Of a stretch of DNA of 64,000 bases, positions 10,103 to 20,579 are shown one piece after another. The stretch is from a virus. Taxonomy: Duplodnaviria > Heunggongvirae > Uroviricota > Caudoviricetes. Where the stretch lies: the IMG/VR virus record IMGVR_UViG_2724679293_000007, positions 34,885-98,884 of that record; one strand, written 5' to 3'. A program made the position numbers and the translations under genes. Below the pieces are notes generated by a model. The model was given only the letters and a program-made list of their open reading frames with translations. It made no database searches and was not told the origin of the DNA. The first letter of the stretch is position 1; the number at the start of each line of letters is the position of its first letter.

Positions 10103-13027
10103 TTAAATACTCCCCGCGTTATACCACGTCCCATTAATGCAATACTGAATTGGCCTTGCCTGAGTTGTATCAATTAATTCATCACGGTTTCCGTTAACTG
10201 AACCCGTAACGACATAACCTGACCTGTCAGACCAGCCGGGACCATTCCATGTCTGAACAGATGACAGACCGCCCAGGCGAATACCTGTAATAAACCTTGA
10301 GTTACATTCTGCCTGCGTATATGCACCAACATCCCCCGCAGAGGGTTTGCGGGTTGTGGTATAAAACTCTGACCAGTTAGCTTCAAAGCCATAACCATCA
10401 CGCGCTGAACGATAAAAGATACCGCCGTTCTTATAATTCACGCGGAACTGTACAGCAGGGCAACTCCCCGCATTCATATTAAAGTGGAGGATTAATGTCG
10501 ATGCACCACTGGTATCTGCATCATAAACACCGCTATTCCAGTTCCAGCCAACAGCTTTATCATTTGCAACCCTGCTTCCTGTTTGCCCTAAAGCAAATGC
10601 AGGCTGCTGGTTTTTCGTATTGTAGTCTCTTCGCCAGCCAGGAGCATAAGCATCACCATGATTAATATAAGTGAATTGAGCGTTAGTGATTCCGCCGCCG
10701 CTGGACGTACTCGGAGTAGTAACGCGTATGGTCATTGCGCCGCGAGTGCCAATAACTTCCACCACAGCACCTGCAAGACAAATATTTCCGCAACCTGTAT
10801 CTGTAATGACCTTATTATTTGCATAAGCCCATGAGCCTTTGCACATCCAGTAAGGATGGTTAAATGCCCCCTGACTCTCCAGCCACGAAATAAATTGCGC
10901 AGTTGTCCAGACCTGACTATCGCCACCAATATCCACCCATGCGCTATATGCGCGGCAGGCACCAATATTTTTGGTGAAGGTATCTTTTCCCGGAATATCT
11001 GCGCCGTTCTGGTTTTTCTGTAATGCTCCTGCGGCTAATTCTACGGTTTGCTCAAGATTTAAATCTTCCGCCGTTAGCTCAATGTTTTTAGAACCATCAA
11101 ACGAGACGCCATTGATAGTACATGCTGTCTGCAACTTGGTCGCTGTAGCCGCATTACCAGAGGTGTCCTGATTCCCTTTGGCATTGACGCCGGGAATTGA
11201 ATCTTTTGACGTATAGACCTGCGCCCATTCAGACCAGTTGGCAGAATCAGTATCCCGCCGCGAACGGATATGTACGGGCGCATGGGCACCGCTCGTGCCA
11301 CTCCAGCCAATGAATAACTCACCTTCGCCAGCAGCGGTGGCACCTTTAAGGTGAAGCACATTGCCATAGGGGGAAGGGTAGCCATTGTTGTATGCCTCAT
11401 ACAGCTGAATCCCGGATGTTCCCTGTGCATTCGCCTCCAGGGCCGTTACGCGACCGCGAGATACCAGAGTATTGATATTAATGTCAGCCGAACCATCGAA
11501 CCTGACGCCATTAATGTTTCTGGCTGTTTTTAATTTCGTCGCGGTGTCGGCGTTCCCCGCCAGCGCCCCGGTGATCCCGCCGTTGAAAGTCTGGCGCGCA
11601 CTCCATGTGTTAGCCGTGCTCAACAGGGGGATCTTTTCACCGCTGGTACCGAGTTCTCTTAAACCAAGGTATTGGATAACGGCTAGTGTGCTTGTTTTAG
11701 CCAGAATATCGCGACCGACTGACGTTAAATCAGTCTGCGCTACCGTATCCTTACCGGTGAAATAAGGCAGTTTGTTTGCACCAGTCGCAAGGCCAGCGAG
11801 CGCGGTTAAAGTTGCATCCAGAGGCTGTTTGCCTGCCAGCGCATTTGTCATTGTTGTCGCAAAGTTCGGGTCATTGCCAAGTGCTGCGGCAAGCTCATTC
11901 AGGGTATCAAGAGCTTCTGGTGATGAACCAACCAATGCGGATATGGCAGCTCTTACATAAGCGGTCGTAGCAATCTGCGTATTATTTGTGCCCTGTGCGG
12001 CGGTCGGCGCAGTAGGGACACCCGTTAATGCAGGGCTTGCCAAAGGCGCTTTGAGAGCCAAGGCATTGTTGATAGTTGTGCTGAAATTCTGGTCGTTATT
12101 GATCGCAGCCGCTATTTCTTTCAGCGTATCCAGTGTGCCAGGCGCACCGTTGATAAGTGCAGTTATAGCTGCCTTAACAAAGGCTGTATTTGCGATCTGC
12201 GTGCTGTTTGTACCTTGCGCTGCCGTCGGCGCGGTTGGCGTTCCTGTCAGACTCGGGCTTTCTATTGGCGCTTTGGTATCAGCAAGATCTTTTACAGACT
12301 TAACGGCTTTAGGGGTCGCCGCCATTGTTTCGCTGTCGCTGTTAGTTTCGCTACTGAGCTGAACTAATCCCTTTTGCGTTGTGCTTGCATCCTGCGCCGT
12401 ATACTTGCTTTTTGCCAGATCGTAGGCTTTTTTAACCGCCAGCGAACTTGCAGCAACATCACTTCTGGTACTGGTTACAGAGTCTGAAATATCAATGCCG
12501 ATCGTGCGGTTAATACGCTCGGATGTATCAATCATCTCCTGGGTAATGGCAGATACGCCAGCAGGGATATTCACCGTACAAACAAGCAGTTCCCCATCTC
12601 CCAACTGATATGAATCGGTATAGGTTCTGGTAACAAATTCAGCCGCATGAATATGTGACGCTGTATTAACCTGATAGGTATCCCCTCCAAGGAGATATCT
12701 TCCCTTCAGCACAATTGCATATTTCTTACCTGCGCTAAGTGCAAGAGAAATATCCTTACGATGCTGAATAGTTACCTGGTAGAATTCACCAATATCAACT
12801 GACGCAGCGCCAGCAGTTTTATCACCATCCACTGAGGTGATTAACAGGTTCATCCCACCGCCAGGCTTAGGTAAGAAACCGGCATAAAATCCCGGGTCAA
12901 CAATCCCCCTGAATTTTCGGTTTAGCGCGGCTGACAGATATGGTTCGTGGTATTGCACATCAGCCACCAGAGCCAACGACTCGGGTGATGGGTAAGTAAC
13001 CGATGTAACAACTGTAACGTCATTCAT
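10103..13027 (-). CDS. tail fibre S (constant N-terminal part fused across cixR and the right repeat to the Sv variable end); start taken at the second in-frame ATG
   Basis: Track ORF 10103..13114; the ATG at 13027 has an AAGGA RBS and avoids a 76-nt overlap with the upstream gene; Ala/Thr-rich repeats typical of fibres. Confidence 0.9.
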   Translation of the reverse strand: MNDVTVVTSVTYPSPESLALVADVQYHEPYLSAALNRKFRGIVDPGFYAGFLPKPGGGMNLLITSVDGDKTAGAASVDIGEFYQVTIQHRKDISLALSAGKKYAIVLKGRYLLGGDTYQVNTASHIHAAEFVTRTYTDSYQLGDGELLVCTVNIPAGVSAITQEMIDTSERINRTIGIDISDSVTSTRSDVAASSLAVKKAYDLAKSKYTAQDASTTQKGLVQLSSETNSDSETMAATPKAVKSVKDLADTKAPIESPSLTGTPTAPTAAQGTNSTQIANTAFVKAAITALINGAPGTLDTLKEIAAAINNDQNFSTTINNALALKAPLASPALTGVPTAPTAAQGTNNTQIATTAYVRAAISALVGSSPEALDTLNELAAALGNDPNFATTMTNALAGKQPLDATLTALAGLATGANKLPYFTGKDTVAQTDLTSVGRDILAKTSTLAVIQYLGLRELGTSGEKIPLLSTANTWSARQTFNGGITGALAGNADTATKLKTARNINGVRFDGSADININTLVSRGRVTALEANAQGTSGIQLYEAYNNGYPSPYGNVLHLKGATAAGEGELFIGWSGTSGAHAPVHIRSRRDTDSANWSEWAQVYTSKDSIPGVNAKGNQDTSGNAATATKLQTACTINGVSFDGSKNIELTAEDLNLEQTVELAAGALQKNQNGADIPGKDTFTKNIGACRAYSAWVDIGGDSQVWTTAQFISWLESQGAFNHPYWMCKGSWAYANNKVITDTGCGNICLAGAVVEVIGTRGAMTIRVTTPSTSSGGGITNAQFTYINHGDAYAPGWRRDYNTKNQQPAFALGQTGSRVANDKAVGWNWNSGVYDADTSGASTLILHFNMNAGSCPAVQFRVNYKNGGIFYRSARDGYGFEANWSEFYTTTRKPSAGDVGAYTQAECNSRFITGIRLGGLSSVQTWNGPGWSDRSGYVVTGSVNGNRDELIDTTQARPIQYCINGTWYNAGSI
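11087..11665. repeat. right inverted repeat of the invertible segment
   Basis: Reverse complement of 6226..6804; identity ends at the ...GATGGTTCTAAA junction. Confidence 0.85.
11654..11679. other. cixR-like crossover site
   Basis: ttctcttaaacc-aa-ggtattggataa; the homology between the two repeat copies begins here. Confidence 0.7.
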
Positions 13028-13038
13028 CAAGCATATCC

Positions 13039-13473
13039 TTATGCTGTAGTCGTGTTTATGGCCATAACTGCGGTATATGTTTTGCCCACATACAGCGAGT
13101 CTTCCTGGACACAAATAATGGCGATTGGCTTGTTCTCGTTATCCAGTACAACCAGAGTGTTGAATGGGTAGTTTTTCCCTTCCTGCAACTGGCTTTGATC
13201 AAGGTCCATTCGGACAGTAATTATCCCACCTGAGTAGGTTGGCACGAGGTTGATGGTGCAAAATTGACTGGTTAGTTCTGCCAGATCGAAAGCCTTTGGC
13301 AGTTCTCCAATCTCATAAGTGCCATCTCCTTTCTTAGTAACCAGCGAACTGGTACCGAAAACGGCCTTGCTGATTAAAAATCGAGAGCCTTTGTTAATGG
13401 ACGATTCAGCGCGCCGCTGATAGTAATAGTCCAACAACTGACTCTTATAGAGGTTTGTTGAGACGTCAGACAT
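13039..13473 (-). CDS. tail-fibre-associated protein (R-like)
   Basis: 144-aa ORF immediately upstream of S; name by synteny. Confidence 0.6.
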   Translation of the reverse strand: MSDVSTNLYKSQLLDYYYQRRAESSINKGSRFLISKAVFGTSSLVTKKGDGTYEIGELPKAFDLAELTSQFCTINLVPTYSGGIITVRMDLDQSQLQEGKNYPFNTLVVLDNENKPIAIICVQEDSLYVGKTYTAVMAINTTTA

Positions 13474-13551
13474 GATTTTCCCTAATCAATGTTGTGAAGC
13501 CTCATTGTAAGATAAGTAACTTGTCACCCCGCCCTGCGGACGGGGTGATTG

Positions 13552-14391
13552 TCAGGCATCGCTATCCAGCAGCAAATCATCTGCGCGGGTGCGATCAAAC
13601 GTAGGCGTCGATTTCACAATAGTGCCGCCCGGCGTTGCAGTGATCGGGGCGCTAATCGAGGTAACTCCAGTAAGCGAAGTTGTATCCGAAGTTTCAAACC
13701 AGCAGTACGCTTTTTCGGTATCAGAAATCTCGTTCAAAGTGATCATGTCGGCGTGTTCATTTACAACAACCGACAAATAGAGCGTAAGCCCATCAAACAC
13801 TATATGCAGTGGCAGTAGAGGCTTTACGAACTGATTAAACTTTCTGAGAATTTCTTCTGTAATTGCGGACTGATCTATCGTGCCAGTAATCCCCATTGTC
13901 CGGGCCAGGTCGTTTATGGGAATACTGATCATCCCTCTGGAAGTCAGAAACATCTCGCCGAATGTGCCGCCGGTAGTCTCCAGTGTGCTTTCTGGTATTA
14001 GAACCGTGCCATAGGGATGACGCTCAAGGTCCACCGGTGCATATATCGGATCCCATAAAACAGAAATACCGTTAAATTCGCGGTAAATTGTCTGGTTTAT
14101 AGGGCGTTCAGTCCCCTTAAAGTGAATCTCATCAAGACGCTGTTGTAACAACATCGGAACGGAAGATGAGTTCGACGTTCTGATAGTAAAGAACTGGCCA
14201 AGTTCATTTGTCCTGGTCTCCAGATCCTCCTTGCTCATGGAAAAAATAGACTTCCGGTTGGTAATTCTCTCCAACCATGGGTCAACAAAGGTATCCATCA
14301 TTGACTGAACCAAATCAGCTAATGATTTATAGAGCAATGACTTTTGCTTAGCTGATGTAAGCCGGTTATTAAACCAGGAACGCTGCATCAC
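13552..14391 (-). CDS. baseplate/tail structural protein
   Basis: 279-aa ORF, start overlaps the upstream gene stop. Confidence 0.55.
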   Translation of the reverse strand: MMQRSWFNNRLTSAKQKSLLYKSLADLVQSMMDTFVDPWLERITNRKSIFSMSKEDLETRTNELGQFFTIRTSNSSSVPMLLQQRLDEIHFKGTERPINQTIYREFNGISVLWDPIYAPVDLERHPYGTVLIPESTLETTGGTFGEMFLTSRGMISIPINDLARTMGITGTIDQSAITEEILRKFNQFVKPLLPLHIVFDGLTLYLSVVVNEHADMITLNEISDTEKAYCWFETSDTTSLTGVTSISAPITATPGGTIVKSTPTFDRTRADDLLLDSDA

Positions 14392-15821
14392 TCCTCCTCA
14401 TACGAAATATTAAAGGTGGAGTTTTCTGTATCCAGATAAACGAAATCGTAAAAGCCGTTGGACTCATTCCACTCGACAAATTCCAGATAAAAGTCGCGGA
14501 AATAACCCAGCGTTTCGATAAACGCCCAAACGTCTTTTTTCTTAATCAGGATGTACTTTCCGACGCGGTTCGGATCAAAGAAAGTTGAGTCGCGCCCAAA
14601 TTTTGTTTCCAGTGCCGACTTCAGCTCATCGGTCACATTCTCAATGGTCAGGCTTGCCGATATCCGTCCGGTGATGGTTATCTTAAATGGTAGTTTTCTG
14701 ACCTCTTTATAAGAGAATTTCTTGTTCAGTTCATTCGGTACCTTCTTAAAGGCAGTCAGGATCATTTCTTCAAGCTCTGACTGGCTTTTATTTGGATGCC
14801 ATCCTGAAATAAATATCTTATTGATATTCTGAACATTATAAGCACCATCTAATTTCTCTTGCTGGCCTTCGCCCCATGCCTTTACCCAGGACAGCCCCGG
14901 GATGTTACGAACCAGAAAATACGTATAGTCCCCGCCCCATACGACCTGATCATCATAGGCAAGGTAATATTGTGCACGGTTACGTGTGATCTCCGTTGTT
15001 TCAGCATCGGTACCTGCGGTTATAGGTGTCGTTGTCTTAACTGAAATCAAATTAGCTAAATTAGCCGCAGAATCGACAGGCGTCAGGTTTTGGCCAGCAA
15101 CCAGGGTTATATCGCCGTTGGTGCACCATACCTTAAGCGTAATTGTCGAGCCTTCTGGCGGTATTTGCCCAATTAGCCCATCGCCGAATCGAACCCCCAA
15201 CTGCTCGGATGGTTTATAAAACTCAACGTAGACCTGGCTTTTACTACCGGCTAACCGGAACATAGTGCTGGAAGACCACTGCGTGGTCTTACCATCGGTC
15301 GTCACGAATACTTCCAGCTTATAGCAGACAGCAGTGAGAGCCTTTGATAACACGACTTCCAGAAATTCTTTGGCTGCCGTAACGGTATATGTCACCTCCT
15401 GGATTTCCAACTGTGCCACTTCTACCGTACCGGTGCCGTCAACCAACCTGCATACATCCATAGTCATGTAAGGGTACTGGTCGTCAGATATTAAAGGCAT
15501 GTTTTTGGGGATTACCGCTGGGGCATCTTCACTTGTGGCGGTGATCTCAATCATCCCCGATGACGGTGTTGGCTTGGTACCAACGTAACTATTCGTTTCT
15601 GCCGCTGCCAGGATAGAGGAACGCCGCGTCGCGGTCGATATAAAGCCTTCAGCCAGCGCCGCATCGGCATACTGAAAGCACCTGTAGACAATCTGGGTAA
15701 TAAACAATGTCAGCATCGAGACAAATTGAGAGCCGACAAACTTCGACCAGAATGAATCTTTCTCGACAAGCTCTTCAAACTCTGCACGAATACTGTCTTT
15801 AGTCGGTGTTGTTTTACTCAT
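14388..15821 (-). CDS. baseplate wedge protein (J-like)
   Basis: 477-aa ORF in the tail morphogenesis operon; overlapping start/stop. Confidence 0.6.
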   Translation of the reverse strand: MSKTTPTKDSIRAEFEELVEKDSFWSKFVGSQFVSMLTLFITQIVYRCFQYADAALAEGFISTATRRSSILAAAETNSYVGTKPTPSSGMIEITATSEDAPAVIPKNMPLISDDQYPYMTMDVCRLVDGTGTVEVAQLEIQEVTYTVTAAKEFLEVVLSKALTAVCYKLEVFVTTDGKTTQWSSSTMFRLAGSKSQVYVEFYKPSEQLGVRFGDGLIGQIPPEGSTITLKVWCTNGDITLVAGQNLTPVDSAANLANLISVKTTTPITAGTDAETTEITRNRAQYYLAYDDQVVWGGDYTYFLVRNIPGLSWVKAWGEGQQEKLDGAYNVQNINKIFISGWHPNKSQSELEEMILTAFKKVPNELNKKFSYKEVRKLPFKITITGRISASLTIENVTDELKSALETKFGRDSTFFDPNRVGKYILIKKKDVWAFIETLGYFRDFYLEFVEWNESNGFYDFVYLDTENSTFNISYEEE

Positions 15822-16177
15822 AGCACCACGTCCTGTGTGATAGTTATATCCCTGATACGAATGGATATTTTCAACTTATCAAAAGCATCTCCCTCGGCTA
15901 CTGACAAGCCAGAAATCGGTATGTCAGGTAAATCTACCGTCAGTTTTTGCAACAGCATTGCCTCAACCGCAATTTGAACATGCGACAAGTTGGTCGGTTC
16001 GTGTTTAAACTGCGGTAAAACATTGCCCCATGACGGATCTCCGTATACCTCACCCTGATAAGTGTTCAGCCACTCATATAAACGAGCGCCCCAGGCCTCC
16101 TCCTGGGACTCATACGTTTTTACGCCGGATAACTCCAGCGTCAGTAAAGGATCAATTTCGTTATTGTTGGCCATCAA
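15818..16177 (-). CDS. small baseplate protein
   Basis: 119-aa ORF overlapping the sit stop and the next start. Confidence 0.5.
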   Translation of the reverse strand: MMANNNEIDPLLTLELSGVKTYESQEEAWGARLYEWLNTYQGEVYGDPSWGNVLPQFKHEPTNLSHVQIAVEAMLLQKLTVDLPDIPISGLSVAEGDAFDKLKISIRIRDITITQDVVL

Positions 16178-19100
16178 TCAACTCTCGCGTAGTCATTCAT
16201 CAACGGATCATCAATTGACAGTGGCACCGTGCGCATAACGCCCGGTTGAGGCGTGCTGACCTTTACGACAGTTCCCTGGCCTTTCGCCGAGTCTTTAGTG
16301 TGCTCTTCAATCCTGGCAAGCAATGAGGTCATCTGCGCAAACAGCCGCTTCGTTTCACCATCAAGTGAAACGGTATTATCAGCCAACTGCATTGTCGGCT
16401 TGGCACCGGAGCCGCCAAGGTCACTAATAACCTGTCCGTCTATCTGCATACGACCGGTTGGTTGCTGCAAATCGTTGGCGGCAGTCGTCACCTGGGACGT
16501 GGAGGCTGGTTGAGGAGAATTATTTGAGCGCATTCCCCGGGCATTAATGAGTTTGTCATACAGCCCATCAATCCCCATTTGTGCACCGAGTTGGTCAAAG
16601 TAACTTGAGTTGTTTGCTACCGGACGTGCCTCTTCAACTGGCATAGGTGTATCAACATACACATTGCCAGCTGCCGTTGCGGTTCCCCTTCCTCGTGCAC
16701 GTTCTTCGAGGGTTCCCTGAACGACTTCCCGACGCATCCCCCGGCCATTCATGAATTTGTTGACCAGATCGTTAACGCCAACAGCATTGCCGATTTTGTC
16801 TACCAGACCGCCTTTCTCAAACGGGCTATCACCAGGGGTAAACGCCAGGCCAGTAGACTGATCGATAACGGCGTTATCAGGCAGTGGTCCCCTCACTCCA
16901 TATTGCGCCCCACCCTGTGCTCCTGCTCCAGGTGTATAGATTTCACCACCCAAATAGCGAGCACGATGAGTATTGACCTTGATCGCGTACTCACGGTTTT
17001 CTTTCGATAAGTCACCTGTGCCTTTTTTCCACTTATTGATAGTGCCAAACCCAGCGTTATATGCAGTGATGGCCTCGTTTAAGTCTCCATTGGCTTGCTT
17101 CAGATACTTGCTCATGAGAAGAGCCGCAGCTTCTGCCGATTTCACAGGATCAAATGCATCCGGTTCCGATATCCCTGTCTCTTTACGAGCAATACTCGTG
17201 AACTGGAACATCCCGAGTGCGCCACCACTTAACTTTCCATCTGGTGATCTTGTAAGCGGAGACTTTGCGTTAGGATCCCCTCCTGATTCAGTTGCAGCAA
17301 TCGCGTAAAGAGTGCCTTCTGGAAGACCATATTTATTCTCTAGTTCAGCAAAATATGGAGCCAACTTATCGAGATTTGCCTTACCTTCAGCGCCAAGACT
17401 TCCTACTTTTACATCCAAGTTGCCATTGTTGTAGGTATCCGCAGCTTTCTGAATATCATTCCTGGTTCCAGTAGTATTACGCGACGATGATGACGAGCTA
17501 TTTTGACCAATGGCTTTATCAATTTTCTGCAACGCGCGATTGCCCGTTTCTACGGCATTTGCATTGATAATCTGATTAGCAGTTTCTTTAACTGTTTTAT
17601 TGCTATCTTTCGCCGTATCTAAGGATGCATTTACAACACGAGTGACAATATTAGCCTTTTTAGGGGTATATTCAGTCTTAGGAGCATTGCCCTCCTGACG
17701 TTCTTTAGCAGGTGTTTTTAATTCAGGTGTAACCTCTTTCGCATCCGCTTTATTGACTAGCTTTGATGCAACCCAGGCCACAGGGGTGCTCTGAACAGCG
17801 GCATCAGCAACCTCACCTGAAAGCTCTTTTGCGGCACTCCATAGATTACTGCCAGCCTCTTTAATGTATTTCCCCGGGTTCTTAATGAAATCAATTGCAC
17901 TATCAATTGCATCACTGAAAACCTTTTTCAGGTTATCGACAGTAAAGAAGTCTTTGATGGCGTCTAATTTTTCGTTCAGACTCTTGGTTGTGTCACTGAA
18001 CCAGGCTGAAATAGCATCGCCAATCTTGGCTGTGTAATCGTTGAATGTTGTGGATATGGTGTCACCAAGGTTAGAAATGTATGTTTCTAAATTGGTAATC
18101 CCACTATCAATGGCCTGTGCAATACTTTCCGTCGAAAATGATTGCAACATATTGCCGATATCCTCAAATCCAAGTGATTTGAGAACGCCACCAATGGCAC
18201 TGCTAATACCAGATACCAGTCCTCCCATATCGAGAACGTTAGCCAGTGTATAAGCCGCTTTTTGCTGAAAAGATGGATCTTCCCCATCCTTAAGCCCAAA
18301 GGTCCGACGTTGTGCTTCTGTATCATTCCAACCGGTTACCGCATCATAGATACCTCCAACCACCGTGCCGACTAGCGGAATTGCGCGTAAAACCCCCTTT
18401 GCAAGTGCCTTAACACCTAGTTTCCCCAATCCCTTAGTTGCAAGTTTTCCGGCACCGCGAGTAGCCAATTCGCCAGCTTCTTTGGCAGCAGCTTTTTTCC
18501 CACCAAAGCCCAATAAGCTTGCAACTTTTTTTATACCTAAAGCGCCTAGTGCCATCGAGCCAACTTTCTTTAGTGCCCCACGGCCAAAAATGAGGGAAGC
18601 AATACCACCGGCCCCCTTCCCTAACAGGCTAAATAATTTGGACAGCAAGCCGCCCTTCTTTTTCCCGGTGTTTTTGGCTATCTGATCAAGGGCGCTGAGA
18701 ATCTTGTCATTGCCCTCTTTAATTTCGCTGGTCTGATCCTGAAGTTCCTGAACCGTCCGTTTTTGGGTGTTAACCTGAACGACATCGGCACTACTTTGCG
18801 ATTTACGCCTAAAAAAACCTTTTTTACGGCTGTTATCGTCATTGCCACGAATCACATCGGCAATAGACTTTCTGGCACCATTAAGCGATCCGCCAACTTC
18901 TTTTGATATCCCGCCAAGCTCTTTTCCCGCTGCCCACAATGGGCCAGCAACGGCATAACCTAAAGCATCGACGGCACGAGTCTCTGAAGGGTTACCTATA
19001 CCTTCAGCTACTTTTGACAGTTTTTTTAATAAACCTGATTCAGCATTTAGACGCTCATCATCCTCTTTGCGCCTGGTCTTTTCAGCGCGTTCAGCACGGG

Positions 19101-19602
19101 CATCTTCCGCTGCGGCCTTACTCCCTGACTTTCCAATAAAACGACCACGCGCATCGCGTTGGTTTTGGCTTTTTTGCGTACCGCCTTTTTGACCGAACAT
19201 TTCGCGGGCGTGTTCGGCTGCTTCGGTCCGTTGCGCCTTTACATCTTCTGTTATAGCCTTCCTGCCTCGTTTTTTACCCTTTCGCGTAGTTGATTTGGCC
19301 TGCGGTTCCTGTAGAGCAACATCCTCCTGAACTACACGAGGAACGTCCCCTAAATTAAGCCGTTTCATTGCCTCAACAATAGGGTCCACTGATGGCGCAT
19401 TGGCCACAAAGTCTGGCCGGGAATTTTCGATTGTGCGATTTAATGCCGACACACTGCGAGAGACAGGATCAACAGTTGCAACGCGTCCCCCTTTCAAATC
19501 TTCAACAGCTTCCCGGATACCTGCAAGCTCTTCCAGCTCTTTTGCGCTGGCGGTTTCAACTGTCCTTATAACATCGTCAATGTTGGCGTTTTTTCTTTCC
19601 AT
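16174..19602 (-). CDS. sit: tape-measure-type injection protein with lytic transglycosylase (SLT) domain, Sit-like
   Basis: 1142 aa; Gly/Ala/Lys-rich repeats; C-proximal SLT signature ...AIAATESGGDPNA...GALGMFQF...AYNAG... Confidence 0.85.
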   Translation of the reverse strand: MERKNANIDDVIRTVETASAKELEELAGIREAVEDLKGGRVATVDPVSRSVSALNRTIENSRPDFVANAPSVDPIVEAMKRLNLGDVPRVVQEDVALQEPQAKSTTRKGKKRGRKAITEDVKAQRTEAAEHAREMFGQKGGTQKSQNQRDARGRFIGKSGSKAAAEDARAERAEKTRRKEDDERLNAESGLLKKLSKVAEGIGNPSETRAVDALGYAVAGPLWAAGKELGGISKEVGGSLNGARKSIADVIRGNDDNSRKKGFFRRKSQSSADVVQVNTQKRTVQELQDQTSEIKEGNDKILSALDQIAKNTGKKKGGLLSKLFSLLGKGAGGIASLIFGRGALKKVGSMALGALGIKKVASLLGFGGKKAAAKEAGELATRGAGKLATKGLGKLGVKALAKGVLRAIPLVGTVVGGIYDAVTGWNDTEAQRRTFGLKDGEDPSFQQKAAYTLANVLDMGGLVSGISSAIGGVLKSLGFEDIGNMLQSFSTESIAQAIDSGITNLETYISNLGDTISTTFNDYTAKIGDAISAWFSDTTKSLNEKLDAIKDFFTVDNLKKVFSDAIDSAIDFIKNPGKYIKEAGSNLWSAAKELSGEVADAAVQSTPVAWVASKLVNKADAKEVTPELKTPAKERQEGNAPKTEYTPKKANIVTRVVNASLDTAKDSNKTVKETANQIINANAVETGNRALQKIDKAIGQNSSSSSSRNTTGTRNDIQKAADTYNNGNLDVKVGSLGAEGKANLDKLAPYFAELENKYGLPEGTLYAIAATESGGDPNAKSPLTRSPDGKLSGGALGMFQFTSIARKETGISEPDAFDPVKSAEAAALLMSKYLKQANGDLNEAITAYNAGFGTINKWKKGTGDLSKENREYAIKVNTHRARYLGGEIYTPGAGAQGGAQYGVRGPLPDNAVIDQSTGLAFTPGDSPFEKGGLVDKIGNAVGVNDLVNKFMNGRGMRREVVQGTLEERARGRGTATAAGNVYVDTPMPVEEARPVANNSSYFDQLGAQMGIDGLYDKLINARGMRSNNSPQPASTSQVTTAANDLQQPTGRMQIDGQVISDLGGSGAKPTMQLADNTVSLDGETKRLFAQMTSLLARIEEHTKDSAKGQGTVVKVSTPQPGVMRTVPLSIDDPLMNDYARVD

Positions 19603-19683
19603 GATCTTATCGCCTACCGTTTCGGTTTAAGTTTTTCTTCCAGTTTCTCCAACAGGAAAAACGCATAGGATTCAGTAAGCCTT

Positions 19684-20565
19684 TCAGCGTCCTGAATCGG
19701 TATACCCCCATACAAAACCAGGTTGGACACTAAGGTCTGATAGCTTTTCAATCCCCACCTGTGGAATGAAGTCGGTAGCCCGAAAGGGCACCCACAGACG
19801 GGTATATGCACCCTCTGTGGACTCCTTTTTATCCTGATTTGGGCATTTATGCGGCGGGAGACGAAGACGCATTTCACCTTTATCGATGTAGCACGGTAAA
19901 CCATGTTCGAGCTTTTCATGAGCCAGTCGGATGTGTGCCGCCAGCTTCATAAATTCAGTATCAATGGCCATCCGTTTAATCGTTTCATAACGACGCTCAG
20001 CCTGATCTTCACGAGTACCGCTAACATCGTTATAAAGCTCACACTGATAAGCGAATTCCCAAAAACGCAAATCAACGATCGCTTCTTTGAATTCCGCGTC
20101 GTCTTCAGGTGGCAATGCTGCACGGCGCATCTCCAGCATTTCCATTGCCCAACCATCAAGCGGCACGATACGCCATTGATAAGGTACTCCCTCTACAGAC
20201 ACCTCAATATCGTCAATGAAAGGTTCCACTTCCAGGACCTGGATATCTTCAGCCAGAGCATTCATATCACAATCGTAATAATGCTCTTTACCACAATGTT
20301 TACAGGTGTAGGTGAATGTCTCGACCGGTGTTTCACGGGAGCCGGTAAATATCCACCATAACGCGGTAATCCGGTCCTGCGCCGTCCATGTCAGGGGATC
20401 ATGTTTCGCGGGTTCAGCCAGCAAGGCTTTTAAATACGCCGTTGTCTGTTGTTCTTGTTCCTCCGGTGTTATCGAGTTGAAACGCATCGCATCAGCAATA
20501 TTTGGCTGACGGAACTGGATCAATTCAGTTGGCCGCGATGGTAGCGGGAAAAGAGGTAAAAGCAT
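19684..20565 (-). CDS. virion morphogenesis protein with zinc-ribbon motif
   Basis: 293-aa ORF; CKHCG...C..C motif; tail operon context. Confidence 0.5.
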   Translation of the reverse strand: MLLPLFPLPSRPTELIQFRQPNIADAMRFNSITPEEQEQQTTAYLKALLAEPAKHDPLTWTAQDRITALWWIFTGSRETPVETFTYTCKHCGKEHYYDCDMNALAEDIQVLEVEPFIDDIEVSVEGVPYQWRIVPLDGWAMEMLEMRRAALPPEDDAEFKEAIVDLRFWEFAYQCELYNDVSGTREDQAERRYETIKRMAIDTEFMKLAAHIRLAHEKLEHGLPCYIDKGEMRLRLPPHKCPNQDKKESTEGAYTRLWVPFRATDFIPQVGIEKLSDLSVQPGFVWGYTDSGR

Positions 20566-20579
20566 CCTTGCTCCTTAAT

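Larger units (their letters stand above)
6226..11665. other. invertible tail-fibre host-range segment (C-segment type), ~5.4 kb
   Basis: Bounded by the two cix-like sites in inverted orientation; contains both inverted repeats, Sv'/U' on the plus strand and U/Sv on the minus strand. Confidence 0.8.
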
